A DNA stretch of 64,000 nt from Nitrospirota bacterium (GTDB taxonomy: Bacteria > Nitrospirota > UBA9217). The DNA is taken from positions 1,376,001 through 1,440,000 of the forward strand of contig CAWFSF010000006.1 of the NCBI GenBank assembly GCA_963818475.1, given 5' to 3'. The translations under genes were made by a program, and so were the position numbers. Below are positions 32,001 through 39,738 of this stretch, piece by piece. Below the pieces are notes generated by a model, which had not been told where the DNA came from, did no database searches, and worked only from the letters and a program-made list of their open reading frames with translations. Position 1 is the first letter of the stretch. Every line of letters begins with the position of its first letter.

Positions 32001-33579
32001 CGGCGATAACGGCTGCCATCGAGGCTGAAAGTGCATCATGGATCCCCCCGGCATAAAGGATGTGGTACTCATCCAGCCGGTCGGAGCCCTTCAAAGACTC
32101 GATCAGTTTTTCCGTCATCATGTCCCAGAGAACGAAGCTGGACCGTGGACCGATATGCCCGCCGCACTCATTTCCCTCGAAAATAAATCGTTTCGCTCCG
32201 GCCTGAAGGAACATATCAAGGATGTCCGGTGAGGGCACGTGGACATACGTGGCTATTCCCTTTGACTCCAAGAGAGAAGCCTGATTGGGCAGACCTCCGG
32301 CAATGATCGCGAAGGGTGGTGAAAAATAACTGAGTGCTTCCACTTGTTCCCGGAGAAGTTCTTCTTTATTAAAACCGAGAATTCCAACGCCCCACGAACG
32401 ATCACCCAGCGTTTCCCTTACTTCCCGCAGGAGCGTTTTGATCTCCTCTCCCTTGAGCATCGCTAACGCCACAAAGGGCAGGCCGCCTCCCTCTGCCACC
32501 CGAGACGCAAATGCCGGGCTGTCAGTAATGCGGGCCATGGGTCCCTGGGCAACGGGGTAGAGCGTTCCGTGTGACCTCGCCAGCGGGGAATCCTTGTGAA
32601 GGGTTACCGCTGTCTTTGCTATTTTAGTATGTTCATGAACAGCTCTTCTGATCGCCCGGAGAATCGAGCCGACGGTGCCATATCGTTCAGCGAACGGCGC
32701 TGCAAAGGCTACGTCCTGCCCCAGAAGCCAGAAGGGGTTCCTGGTATCAGTCCAGGACAGTTGTTTCGTGATGATTTCCCGCCACGCAGCCTGCATTTTG
32801 TGATTTTCGTCATGATTGCTCTCTGAAGATATTTCTCTTTTACGAAGATCTTCTAAACAGGGAGAACCGGGACGCATATAGAGCCTGCACGGGGCCTTCG
32901 TGTTTTCTCCAATCAATTGAGGCTCGCTGCCATTCATTCTGCCTATATACTTCTTTACGTCTTCTGGCAACGGAGACTCACGAGTTAAAAGCAGCTGTGA
33001 ATCTAAAACAACACCAGCCGCCCCTGCGGCGTAACAGGCCGCAGCGGTGTGCAATCCGATGCCTCCTTGGGCAAATACAGGCACGTTTGCCTTTGAGAGT
33101 ATCTGTTGGAGTAGAATGAATGCGGTTTTCTCCCCAACCATTCCCGCTGCCTCATTTCCTTTGGCCAGCAATCCATCAACTCCCGACACTTGCCCGAACA
33201 TCGCTTGAGCGAGAGAGGTAACTTCCAGAATTACGTTCTTATTCCGGCGATGGATTTCATTTATGATTTTTTTTATATTTTCTGGGTCACCCCCGGTGAG
33301 AATCACGACCTCAATGCATTCCGGGAGTTCCGACATGAGGGCAGTGATGAAAGCATCATCACCACAACTCACTTTGATACCATAGCGTCCACGGGCATTA
33401 CGTCCAATTTTTTCAATGCTCTGCCTGGCCACCTGGACATCGCCGGTATACTCTAAATCGAGAATGCCCAATTCACCAGCCCTTGCAGCAGCAACAGCAA
33501 TGGCTGGTTCAGGCAACCCTCCTGGAGTGAGTGCGAAACACTGGAACCGAGGGCTTTGTCTTTGTACTGCAGAATCCAC
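26092..33579 (-). CDS. Iterative type I PKS/FAS: tandem FabK/nitronate-monooxygenase-type ER, KS, AT, ACP, KR
   Basis: ER-like KGNEAAG, AQGGIG, QGPMA, EGNECGGH, AGGIHD. KS: DAACASS, EAHGTGT, KSLIGH. AT: FPGQGSQ, GHSYGE, GFHS. ACP: LGIDSIKRVEI. KR: ATGGMKGVT, HGAGIIED, GQSDYATAN. Confidence 0.93.
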   Translation of the reverse strand: MDSAVQRQSPRFQCFALTPGGLPEPAIAVAAARAGELGILDLEYTGDVQVARQSIEKIGRNARGRYGIKVSCGDDAFITALMSELPECIEVVILTGGDPENIKKIINEIHRRNKNVILEVTSLAQAMFGQVSGVDGLLAKGNEAAGMVGEKTAFILLQQILSKANVPVFAQGGIGLHTAAACYAAGAAGVVLDSQLLLTRESPLPEDVKKYIGRMNGSEPQLIGENTKAPCRLYMRPGSPCLEDLRKREISSESNHDENHKMQAAWREIITKQLSWTDTRNPFWLLGQDVAFAAPFAERYGTVGSILRAIRRAVHEHTKIAKTAVTLHKDSPLARSHGTLYPVAQGPMARITDSPAFASRVAEGGGLPFVALAMLKGEEIKTLLREVRETLGDRSWGVGILGFNKEELLREQVEALSYFSPPFAIIAGGLPNQASLLESKGIATYVHVPSPDILDMFLQAGAKRFIFEGNECGGHIGPRSSFVLWDMMTEKLIESLKGSDRLDEYHILYAGGIHDALSASMAAVIAAPLAQAGMRIGVLMGTAYLLTPEIAESGAIVAGYQQKVLDCRETAVLGFSPGHALRCCITPLAAKFEGKKRELSEQNITGKKMSAVLEKLILGKSRIAAKGLGRNGDGDRTEEKTPLVPVDCAAQHAEGLYMTGQLAALHDRVRTIRDLHEEVTIKACEKLANLAPYETSPKKRETKPSDVAIIGMAGLFPKAGDLRTYWENILNKKNAITEVPCDRWDWRLYFDEDRHAKDKIYSKWGGFMDDLFFDPTRYGLPPKSIESIDPMQLMALEVARRTLADAGYEEKAFDRETASVILGASGGTGDVGVQYGLRSELPRFLGELPEVVAQRLPEWTEDTFPGILLNVVPGRIANRLNLGGVNFTTDAACASSLAAIYQGVGELVSGRSSLVIAGGVDTVQGPFGYTCFSKTQALSPRGRCSAFDAAADGIVISEGIGMVALKRLEDAERDGDRIYAVIKGVGGSSDGKAKGLTAPHPEGQVRAMRNAYEQAGFGPDTVGLFEAHGTGTVVGDTAELESTSMLLREAGSTPRLTAIGSVKSLIGHSKAAAGIAGMIKATLALHHRVLPPHAGVNQPNPALNQADSPLYLVDQPMAWLGAEDRPRRAGVSAFGFGGTNFHVVLEEYGEEHPFRHTGAGQTWPSELLLWHGGGREELIAGITHTQEEIEKEKRSDLYGIAGDLARAYQPGAETLAIVASDVGDLMNKIRSAVSFLTGKLEALPPGVYHGSGAEPGAKTAVLFPGQGSQFTGMSRELALNFSVYADMLSEADRLLSGRFEQRFGVGSRLSHFIFPRGCYSEQAKADATRALTGTDVAQPALGAMGAGLWKLMEWFGLRAHMSGGHSYGEFTALFAGGVLDFDSLLSLSEARGRFIVDSVKKAGAELGTMAAIRAPREYVERAISGIEDLVVANHNAPRQCVISGSTAAIEQASARMSQDKVSVAKISVAAGFHSRFVAPAQSALAEVIGKTVWRNAAIPVYSNTTGEPHAGDVEKIKRVMTDHLVRPVEFVAEIEAMYRDGARVFLELGPKSVLTKLVSGILDDRPHKMIAIDANGGGITAFLHAFGQLLCAGIPLEAGKLFEGRGRLNAPVQAIARSEEDLKKGWLLNGSRARRATEQVKQVGIRMDELQKQKTTPTSSEARPASGPETDAIFSSRLASRKYESGKFHKGGQREMPIDDEQSVMATYFDMMRQFLETQERIMSMHLGGTSNSGPSNGRRRPGVRMLSQMPAQAPYGNPGPERIQPFLRPDMPVTPHMPAGPTEETMPQPAIAAPSGVQKTPAPPEVSAGPADKPADRMDRKKLTAMLLGIIEEKTGYPPDMIGMDQNLEADLGIDSIKRVEIVGALMKALPPVYGQSLGKDLGGLNTQPTLSGMLDIMEKVSSTEAGTTVPFDEAGMGSPTCISSRSFRHVMKAKQEPIDALASKRLSAGNFIITRDALRVAENLSEVLRARGCTVTIIEREVLQDEQLLAQWCVSRKAASEPVAGIVHLAQIGSAWHPADSPVETWRSELQLNEKSLYLLLHDLSGMLRSDAHVLSASSLGGMFNRQGNNSPGLSIQGGDIGVLKSLSEERPQLRVKAIDVDPEQSAGEIATHLMDELELEGGRQEVGYPRGARTIFETVAESLPEKKERPDFTSDMVVLATGGMKGVTAELLRELALPGNTLILTGRSPLQQDESGDLKSFITPEALREHFVSEVRKGGAKMSPAEIRRKVKSILAAREMRNNIDDFRKHGATVEYHSVDVTNDDAMRQLFDSIYNKYSRISGVIHGAGIIEDKLLADKKSDSWSRVVETKVLGFLLLQKYLRPESLRFFGVMSSVAGRYGNSGQSDYATANELMNRLCCQLKRIWANKVNVKAFCWGPWGATKFGAGMVTPEMEVKFAGKRVALVTPEAGRGVFRQEIARHGGDEIEIICGEGPWEEREARIGAIRRKSRAVDTGLLTPAGGNTSADTVPVPVVELNRAGDNVNAAAQPSA

Positions 33580-34015
33580 TTATTTCCTCCTAGCGCATGG
33601 CGTTTGGCCTTGCTCCAATTAGCTTTGCCTATAGCATGTTTTTATAGTTAAGCTATAACAGCATCAGAATGCCCGGCAGAAGAATAGACGATACCGGAAA
33701 TGAACACAAAGAGAACCTCTTCATTCCAAAATTCCTTAGCAATGCTTCGCCCTCTCGGTTACAAGAACCGCTAAGTGAGTTGATTTATTAAGATTTTTTA
33801 TTGCGGTGCTGCGCGAATTGTGATGCGAAGGCAAGCCTCAGGTCAGAAAATCGAAAGCCTGCAGAAAAAGATCTTTGACATGAGTATACCTCTGTTTTTT
33901 TTACTGCTTGCAAACCCGGTATGCATACAGAGATGTAAATATTTTCGAATACCCTGTTGCCCATCGGTCAGCTTCTTTGGCCCCTCCTTATGCTTGCATA
34001 CATGTGTACATTAGA

Positions 34016-34033
34016 TAGCAAGTTCAATGCCGC
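34016..34033 (-). promoter_or_regulatory. Candidate sigma-54 (-24/-12) promoter pointing into the PKS operon
   Basis: Minus strand reads CGGCATTGAACTTGCTA, i.e. GG-N10-GC with TTGC, in an AT-rich intergenic region ~440 bp upstream of the PKS start. Confidence 0.5.
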
Positions 34034-34518
34034 GAATGCGAAACTCGTGATATCAGCCAGTTGACTGTAATCGCTGCCGCGTCGTATTCACGAATGTTTC
34101 CATCGGAAACAGATAATTTTTTTAACCGTATTTTTTCATTAAGAACTGTGTCTCTCGGGTAAACAATTCTATTAAATACCTTATAAATTAAAAGATGTGG
34201 TACGGCTCTCTGTATTCTTTGGACACACTTTAATATTCAGGCATTCATGAGGCACTCTTGTACGTTGTATGCCGGTCCTCTAATTCAGGTACGATGGATT
34301 CTCTTTTTGTCTGACACGGACAAGCAACATCGTCCGGCTGCATCAAAAAAAATGTATATCCCGCGGCAACAGCTGCATTGATAACCAGCGGTTTTGTCAA
34401 ATAATCCGGTCAGGTCCCGGGCAAAAGCGGCAAACACTTTGATTTCATCGATTAAAACGGGACACCAAGCGATCAACCAAGGATTGTGATCTTCTGCCCT
34501 TCCCTGCTGGCAGTATTG

Positions 34519-34553
34519 GGGTCAGGGGTATTCGATTCACATCAGCTCCACCA
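34519..34553 (+). other. Degenerate tmRNA/tRNA-like 3' end (possible att-site scar)
   Basis: GGGGTATTCGATTCACATCAGCTCCACCA: T-loop TTCGATTC plus CAGCTCCACCA. No 5' portion is visible. Confidence 0.45.
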
Positions 34554-34560
34554 GAAAAAT

Positions 34561-34590
34561 AAAAAGGTTGGCTATTTAGCCAACCTTTTT
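34561..34590. terminator. Bidirectional intrinsic terminator-like hairpin
   Basis: AAAAAGGTTGGCTA-TT-TAGCCAACCTTTTT, a perfect inverted repeat. Confidence 0.65.
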
Positions 34591-34713
34591 GTATTCTTAT
34601 GAGGAATCGAACGAAGTGTTGGGGAAGAGGCTTCCCCATGCTTCGGGGTTTAAACCGCCATAAGGGAGCTGGCACCCTGTGGAAGCGAGACATGAGATTC
34701 TCCCTTATCACCA

Positions 34714-34746
34714 AAAAAAAGGGTTGACCATAAGGTCAGCCCTTTC
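34714..34746. terminator. Terminator-like hairpin, possibly ending the rtcB operon on the minus strand
   Basis: AAAGGGTTGACC-ATAA-GGTCAGCCCTTT preceded by an A-tract. Confidence 0.55.
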
Positions 34747-34917
34747 TGATTCCTGGATCATAATTTCGAATTGACGGACAGAAGCTTGCACTATTTCATC
34801 TGCAAGGCCTCAGAAATGAGAAGGGCAGCGGTTATCGGCATGATCTGTATCTGAGGCGTTGTTCTGCAGGCGTGATTGTTGATACCATAGTATTTCACAG
34901 GGAACTTGTGCGTCAAA

Positions 34918-36349
34918 TTACCCTTTTACGCAAGCGATCGGTACGACCCGGGCCACCTTGCGCGCCAATCCGGCATGGTGCGCGGCTTCAACGACCTCGG
35001 TCACATTCTTATACGCTTCCGGGGCCTCTTCAGCGATGCCCGAGTAAGAATGGCCGCGCACGATCACGCCCTGCTCTGCAAGCGTCTTGACAACTTCCCT
35101 GCCATGCCACAGTTTCGAGGCCTGTGTGCGTGACATCGCCCTGCCCGGCTCCGTGACAGGCGGAACCGAAGGCCGTCTTCATCCCCTCATCGGTCCCGAC
35201 CAGGATGTATGACGAGGTCCCCATGGTGCCCCCGATCAGCACGGGCTGCCCCATGTCACGGTATTCCACGGGGAGGTCGCTTCTCCCGGAGCCGAAAGCC
35301 CTGGTCGCTCCTTTGCGGTGCACGTAGAGCCTTTTCATTTTTCCATTGACCTCATGTTTTTCGACCTTGCAGGTATTATGGCTCACATCATAGAGCATTT
35401 TCACCAGTGCTTCCGGAAAGATCTCGTCCACCACCCCGCGAACGAGGTGCGCGATGATCTGACGATTCGCCAGCGCACAGTTGATCCCGGCGCACATGGC
35501 GCTGAAATACTGTTTGCCCTGCGGAGAGTTGATCGGAGCGCTCACGAGCTCGCGGTCCCTGATCATAAGGCCGTAGTGCTGAGCTGCGGCTGCAAGGTGC
35601 TTCAGATAGTCCGTCCCGATCTGGTGCCCGAGGCCGCGCGATCCGCAATGGATCGAGATGACCACATCATCCTTCCGGAGGCCCATGATGCGCGCGGCCT
35701 GTTCTTCATAGATATCCCGCACCACCTGCACCTCGAGGTAATGGTTCCCTGAACCAAGGGTGCCCATTTCACGGAATTGGCGCTTTTTGGCAGTCTCGGA
35801 AACCTGCGACGGATCTGCAGCAGGGATCGTCCCCTGCTCCTCGATGAACGCAAGGTCTTCTTTTGTTCCGAAACCCTTGCCAACAGCCCACCGCGCTCCG
35901 CCTGCAAGCATCTCATCGATCTGTCCGGAAGAAAGGTGGATCAGCCCCTCGGAACCCACCCCGGCAGGAACACTGTGAAAAAGACTGTCCACGAGCAGCT
36001 GCAGCCTTGGCCGGACCTGTTCGAGGGTAAGGCCGGTCTTCAATGTGCGCACTCCGCAGGAAATATCGAAGCCCACGCCACCGACGGAGATAACGCCGTC
36101 CTCATCAGGATCAAAGGCCGCAACACCCCCGATCGGGAAGCCATACCCCCAGTGCGCATCGGGCATGGCGATGGAGGCGATCTGGATCCCCGGCAGCGCA
36201 GCCACGTTCATCACCTGCTCACGAACTTTCTCGTCCATGGCCCGGACCAGCTGTTCGCTGGCAAAGATCCTGCCGGGAACGCGCATGGGGCTTTTTTGGG
36301 GGATCTCCCACAGATAATCGTGTATCTTATTCAGCGTAGTAATATCCAT
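34918..36349 (-). CDS. rtcB: RNA ligase RtcB (frameshift near 35140)
   Basis: MPDAHWGYGFPIGG, GFDISCG, GTLGSGNHYLE, HCGSRG, HNT, HRKGAT, SACHGAG. C-terminus MSR...EEAPEAYK...KG lies in another frame. Confidence 0.93.
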
Positions 36350-36407
36350 AAGGTTCTGAACCAACGAGCTACAAGGACCTGAAGTTTTTGCGTTGAGTAG
36401 TAGTTCG

Positions 36408-36434
36408 CCTGACTCCTGACTCCTGACTCCTGAC
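36408..36434. repeat. Heptamer tandem repeat (CCTGACT)x~4
   Basis: CCTGACTCCTGACTCCTGACTCCTGAC between archease and rtcB. Confidence 0.8.
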
Positions 36435-36436
36435 CT

Positions 36437-36853
36437 TCACACATCAACGACGCACTGGGCTACGAACCTGCCTTGTTCTTTTTTTACACGCAGCATATGA
36501 TAGGTGGCGGCTTTTATCTCAACATGAGGCTGATGCCGGACCTGATCGAGATGTTCGCCCCAAGCCCGTCCGGTAAGCGTCATGCCGCTGATATCCACCT
36601 CGAACCTCGAGAATACCATGCGCTCAATATCGGAAAGCGACAGGAGCGCGTTCAGCCATTCGACAAACAGCAGTTCGTGGTCCGACGCCGTAACCGCGAA
36701 GACCCTCATGTCAATCGGCGCTATGGTCGCTACATTCACCATCACCGAGTAAAGCGCGATCGCGGCATTTTCAAAGGCTTCTTCGATGGTCTGTCCGAAG
36801 CCTCTGATCCCGATGTCCGCTTCATGTTCAAAGGTCTCGTAGTGAACCGTCAC
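36437..36853 (-). CDS. Archease
   Basis: YETFEHEADIGIRG...EAFENAA...IKAATYH...VVDV; adjacent to rtcB. Confidence 0.92.
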   Translation of the reverse strand: MTVHYETFEHEADIGIRGFGQTIEEAFENAAIALYSVMVNVATIAPIDMRVFAVTASDHELLFVEWLNALLSLSDIERMVFSRFEVDISGMTLTGRAWGEHLDQVRHQPHVEIKAATYHMLRVKKEQGRFVAQCVVDV

Positions 36854-36921
36854 TATTCCTCTCGATATTCATTACAACGCAGTGCGGAGCAGCCGCGATT
36901 AAGCCTTCTTCCCGGCCGCGT

Positions 36922-37962
36922 CTACGTCCAGATCCCGTCGATGACCGACCCGCAATGACCGCACGCGCCTTTGGCTATGGTATTTTCGATCACGCGGAAC
37001 CCGCTCCTTTTGATAAGCGTTTTGCCGCAGCTCCAGCAGAGCGTGTCCTCGCCCTCCCCCGGGATGTTCCCCTCATAGACATACCGGAGCCCGGCGTCGA
37101 TGCCGATCTGACGGGCCCGTTTGAGCGTTGCGGAAGGCGTGATCCCGGCATCGGTCAACTTATAGGTCGGATGGAACCGGGATACATGCCAGGGGATCTC
37201 TTCTCCGACGGAGCGGATGAATCCCGCTATCTGCCTGAGCTCGGCATCCGAATCGTTATGTCCGGGAATGATAAGCGTGGTGATCTCGATCCAGATGCCG
37301 GCCTGTTTATAGTTTTGAATGGCATCGAGCACAGGTGCGAGGCGGGCGCCGCAGATATTCCGGTAGAAGTCATCGGAGAATGACTTCAGGTCGATGTTGG
37401 CGGCATCGAGGACGGGCCTGATCATGCTGAGCGCTTCGGGGGTTATATAGCCGTTCGTCACGAACACGTTGCCGATGCCGGCATCTTTTGCGCATTTGGC
37501 CGTGTCATAGGCAAGTTCGAAAAAAATCGTCGGCTCGGTGTAGGTATAGGATATGCTGGCGCAGCGGGCCTGCTGCGCGGCAAGAACGATCGCAGCGGGC
37601 GCTACGGCCTTTCCGAGGATCCGCCCGCGCAGCTCCCGGGGAAGCTGAGAGATGTCCGAGTTCTGGCAGTGCTTGCATCTGAAGTTGCATCCCGGGGTGG
37701 CAATGGAATAGGAGTTACTTCCGGGCTGGAAATGAAAGAGCGGTTTTTTCTCAATGGGATCGACGTTCTGGGCGATGACCTTGTCGTACACGAGGCTGTA
37801 GAGGACGCCGTCCTCATTCTCCCGTACTGCACACAATCCCAGCTTGCCGTCACGGATACGGCAACGGTGTGAGCACAGGCCGCAACTCACTTCCTTTCCC
37901 TCCCGCGGCTCCTGGAACAACGCCCGTCTCATATCGGCTTTCATTGTGTTTGGCCTGTCCAT
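36922..37962 (-). CDS. amrS: AmmeMemoRadiSam system radical SAM enzyme
   Basis: CGLCSHRC; DPIEKKPLFHF; GCNFRCKHCQN; YTYTEP; C-terminal CxxC pairs. Confidence 0.9.
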   Translation of the reverse strand: MDRPNTMKADMRRALFQEPREGKEVSCGLCSHRCRIRDGKLGLCAVRENEDGVLYSLVYDKVIAQNVDPIEKKPLFHFQPGSNSYSIATPGCNFRCKHCQNSDISQLPRELRGRILGKAVAPAAIVLAAQQARCASISYTYTEPTIFFELAYDTAKCAKDAGIGNVFVTNGYITPEALSMIRPVLDAANIDLKSFSDDFYRNICGARLAPVLDAIQNYKQAGIWIEITTLIIPGHNDSDAELRQIAGFIRSVGEEIPWHVSRFHPTYKLTDAGITPSATLKRARQIGIDAGLRYVYEGNIPGEGEDTLCWSCGKTLIKRSGFRVIENTIAKGACGHCGSVIDGIWT

Positions 37963-37974
37963 GTCGGACCTTGA

Positions 37975-38748
37975 TCAGCTTGAGGAAATCCGACTCGACC
38001 GCTCTTCCCGTATCTTGTGGTTCAGAGATTCAGCCTGTATCCTGCTCTTGCAGCTCATGCAGATGATATCGTCCGAAGGATTGCTGCATACGAGGCAACG
38101 CCGGTCCTTGCCGGGCTGCAGACCCTCGGCCTGGAAGATCATCTCGAGGAACTCGCTTTCGGTGACATGCCCGTCCATGTGCAGGTTCTCGCCGAAAATG
38201 GTCTTAGGCAGGGTTTTTATGGAATATTTTCTGATGAGTTCAGGGTAATCACTGGCGATGATGATATCCGTACTGACCAGGGTGCTTTCCAGTGCCAGGC
38301 CGATCGCGGTCTGTGCCACGGGTCGGCACAAAGGGCAGTCCGTTTCCACGAATACCTGTATGCGAACCGTTCTCGCCAGATGACGCAGCGTCGAACGGAT
38401 ATCTGCAGGAAACCAGGTGCGTCCTTCCGATGCAGCGTGAAGAGCATCGATAAGGATCGAGAAAAAAACATCCTCGACCAATCCGTAAAAGGTGACCGTA
38501 TGGCCGTCGTTATCCTGAACGACCATCGCCGGGACGCGCTTGATGCCGTAGAGTTCTGTTTTGTCACGGTCCATGACCTGGTCATAGATCTCGAGTGCGA
38601 CCAGTGGCGCGTTCTTTTTTATAGCCTGAGCCGCCCGCTTTGCCTCCGGACAGGTCTCACATCCCACATCATTTACGAACAGGATTAACCGGACCGGTTT
38701 TTTCAATGCCCCGATTGACTGGACCATCATCTGGATCGCAGCTTTCAT
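37975..38748 (-). CDS. Protein-disulfide oxidoreductase (AhpF-N/glutaredoxin-like, two thioredoxin folds) with C-terminal Cys4 motif
   Basis: CETC and CPLC active sites; tail CLVC...CMSC. Confidence 0.8.
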   Translation of the reverse strand: MKAAIQMMVQSIGALKKPVRLILFVNDVGCETCPEAKRAAQAIKKNAPLVALEIYDQVMDRDKTELYGIKRVPAMVVQDNDGHTVTFYGLVEDVFFSILIDALHAASEGRTWFPADIRSTLRHLARTVRIQVFVETDCPLCRPVAQTAIGLALESTLVSTDIIIASDYPELIRKYSIKTLPKTIFGENLHMDGHVTESEFLEMIFQAEGLQPGKDRRCLVCSNPSDDIICMSCKSRIQAESLNHKIREERSSRISSS

Positions 38749-38862
38749 TCATCGTGACACCTCACCGTCATTCATTCCTTTATCCTATTATACCAGATTT
38801 TCATGGATAGCCTTTGCCGCAGTATGCGGAGCGGTCCAGAAAAACCGTGCTCAAGAAATCGC

Positions 38863-38891
38863 TTGAACCAGGTCCGCTGAATTGGTATAAT
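38863..38891 (+). promoter_or_regulatory. Sigma-70-type promoter for the cytochrome pair
   Basis: TTGAAC-N17-TATAAT with extended -10 TG. Confidence 0.6.
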
Positions 38892-38951
38892 GGTTGCAAC
38901 AAAAAAGAATAGTTTCACAGGTGCTAAATAGTAGGGGGGAGGAATCATTTT

Positions 38952-39269
38952 ATGAAAAAGGCACTGGTATTCGCTGTTTTGTACTGCCTCGTTTTACCGT
39001 ACACCGCTTCTGCCGAAAAGGTCGGAGGGGGGGACATAACCTTCACTCCCAAGAACGCTTCAATAGTCATCTTCAGCCATGAAAAGCATGTCAATGAAAA
39101 GGGGCTCAAGTGCACTGGTTGCCATTACCAGATCTTCCAGATGGCGCAGGGTTCATACAAAATGGACATGTCCCGCATCAATAAAGGTGACTTCTGCGGC
39201 AAATGCCACAATGGAGAAAAATCCTTTGACGTAAAGGACAAGAAGAACTGCATCAGGTGTCACCACTAG
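38952..39269 (+). CDS. Periplasmic triheme c7-type cytochrome
   Basis: Signal peptide; FSHEKH; CTGCH, CGKCH, CIRCH. Confidence 0.9.
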   Translation: MKKALVFAVLYCLVLPYTASAEKVGGGDITFTPKNASIVIFSHEKHVNEKGLKCTGCHYQIFQMAQGSYKMDMSRINKGDFCGKCHNGEKSFDVKDKKNCIRCHH

Positions 39270-39275
39270 GAGCCA

Positions 39276-39590
39276 ATGAAGACCATTCTCAGCGCAGTCC
39301 TCATGTTCTGTCTCGTCCCGCTTCCCGCCTTCGCGGTCATTGACGGCGGTGATGTGACCTTCAAGCCTTCCGGCACCAACCCTGTTGTGTTCAGCCACGA
39401 TTACCACATGAAAAGCAGGGGGATCAAGTGCGCGGCATGCCACTTCAAAACCTTTGCGGCGGCAGAAGGCGAGCATCAGATCAAGAAAGAAAAACTGAAC
39501 AAGAGGGATTTTTGCCAGCATTGCCATAATGGCATGAAGGGCTTTGACGTGACATCAGCTGGAAATTGCGCGCGCTGTCACAAAAAATAG
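39276..39590 (+). CDS. Periplasmic triheme c7-type cytochrome
   Basis: Signal peptide; FSHDYH; CAACH, CQHCH, CARCH. Confidence 0.9.
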   Translation: MKTILSAVLMFCLVPLPAFAVIDGGDVTFKPSGTNPVVFSHDYHMKSRGIKCAACHFKTFAAAEGEHQIKKEKLNKRDFCQHCHNGMKGFDVTSAGNCARCHKK

Positions 39591-39627
39591 AGCGCGCCCT
39601 GCTTCTTATTCTTTGGACCTTCCAACG

Positions 39628-39661
39628 AACGGTACCCCTGACTCAGGGGCACCGTTTTTTT
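39628..39661 (+). terminator. Intrinsic terminator
   Basis: AACGGTACCCCTG-ACT-CAGGGGCACCGTT followed by a T-tract. Confidence 0.65.
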
Positions 39662-39738
39662 CTGCTCCGTGCCATGAACTTGCCGGACAATCCAAACAAC
39701 AGGTACACTTTTTTTGCGCCGCTGCGGGGAGCCGTAAT

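Noticed and set aside
33788-33964. Small leader ORF downstream of the sigma-54-like promoter
   Set aside because: The ATG at 33881 gives only a very short frame, and the ATG at 33964 is poorly spaced from the AAGGAG. Coding cannot be supported.
34519-34553. Intact tRNA or tmRNA gene
   Set aside because: Only a degenerate T-loop and acceptor 3' strand are present; no matching 5' strand, D arm, anticodon arm or tag ORF was found.
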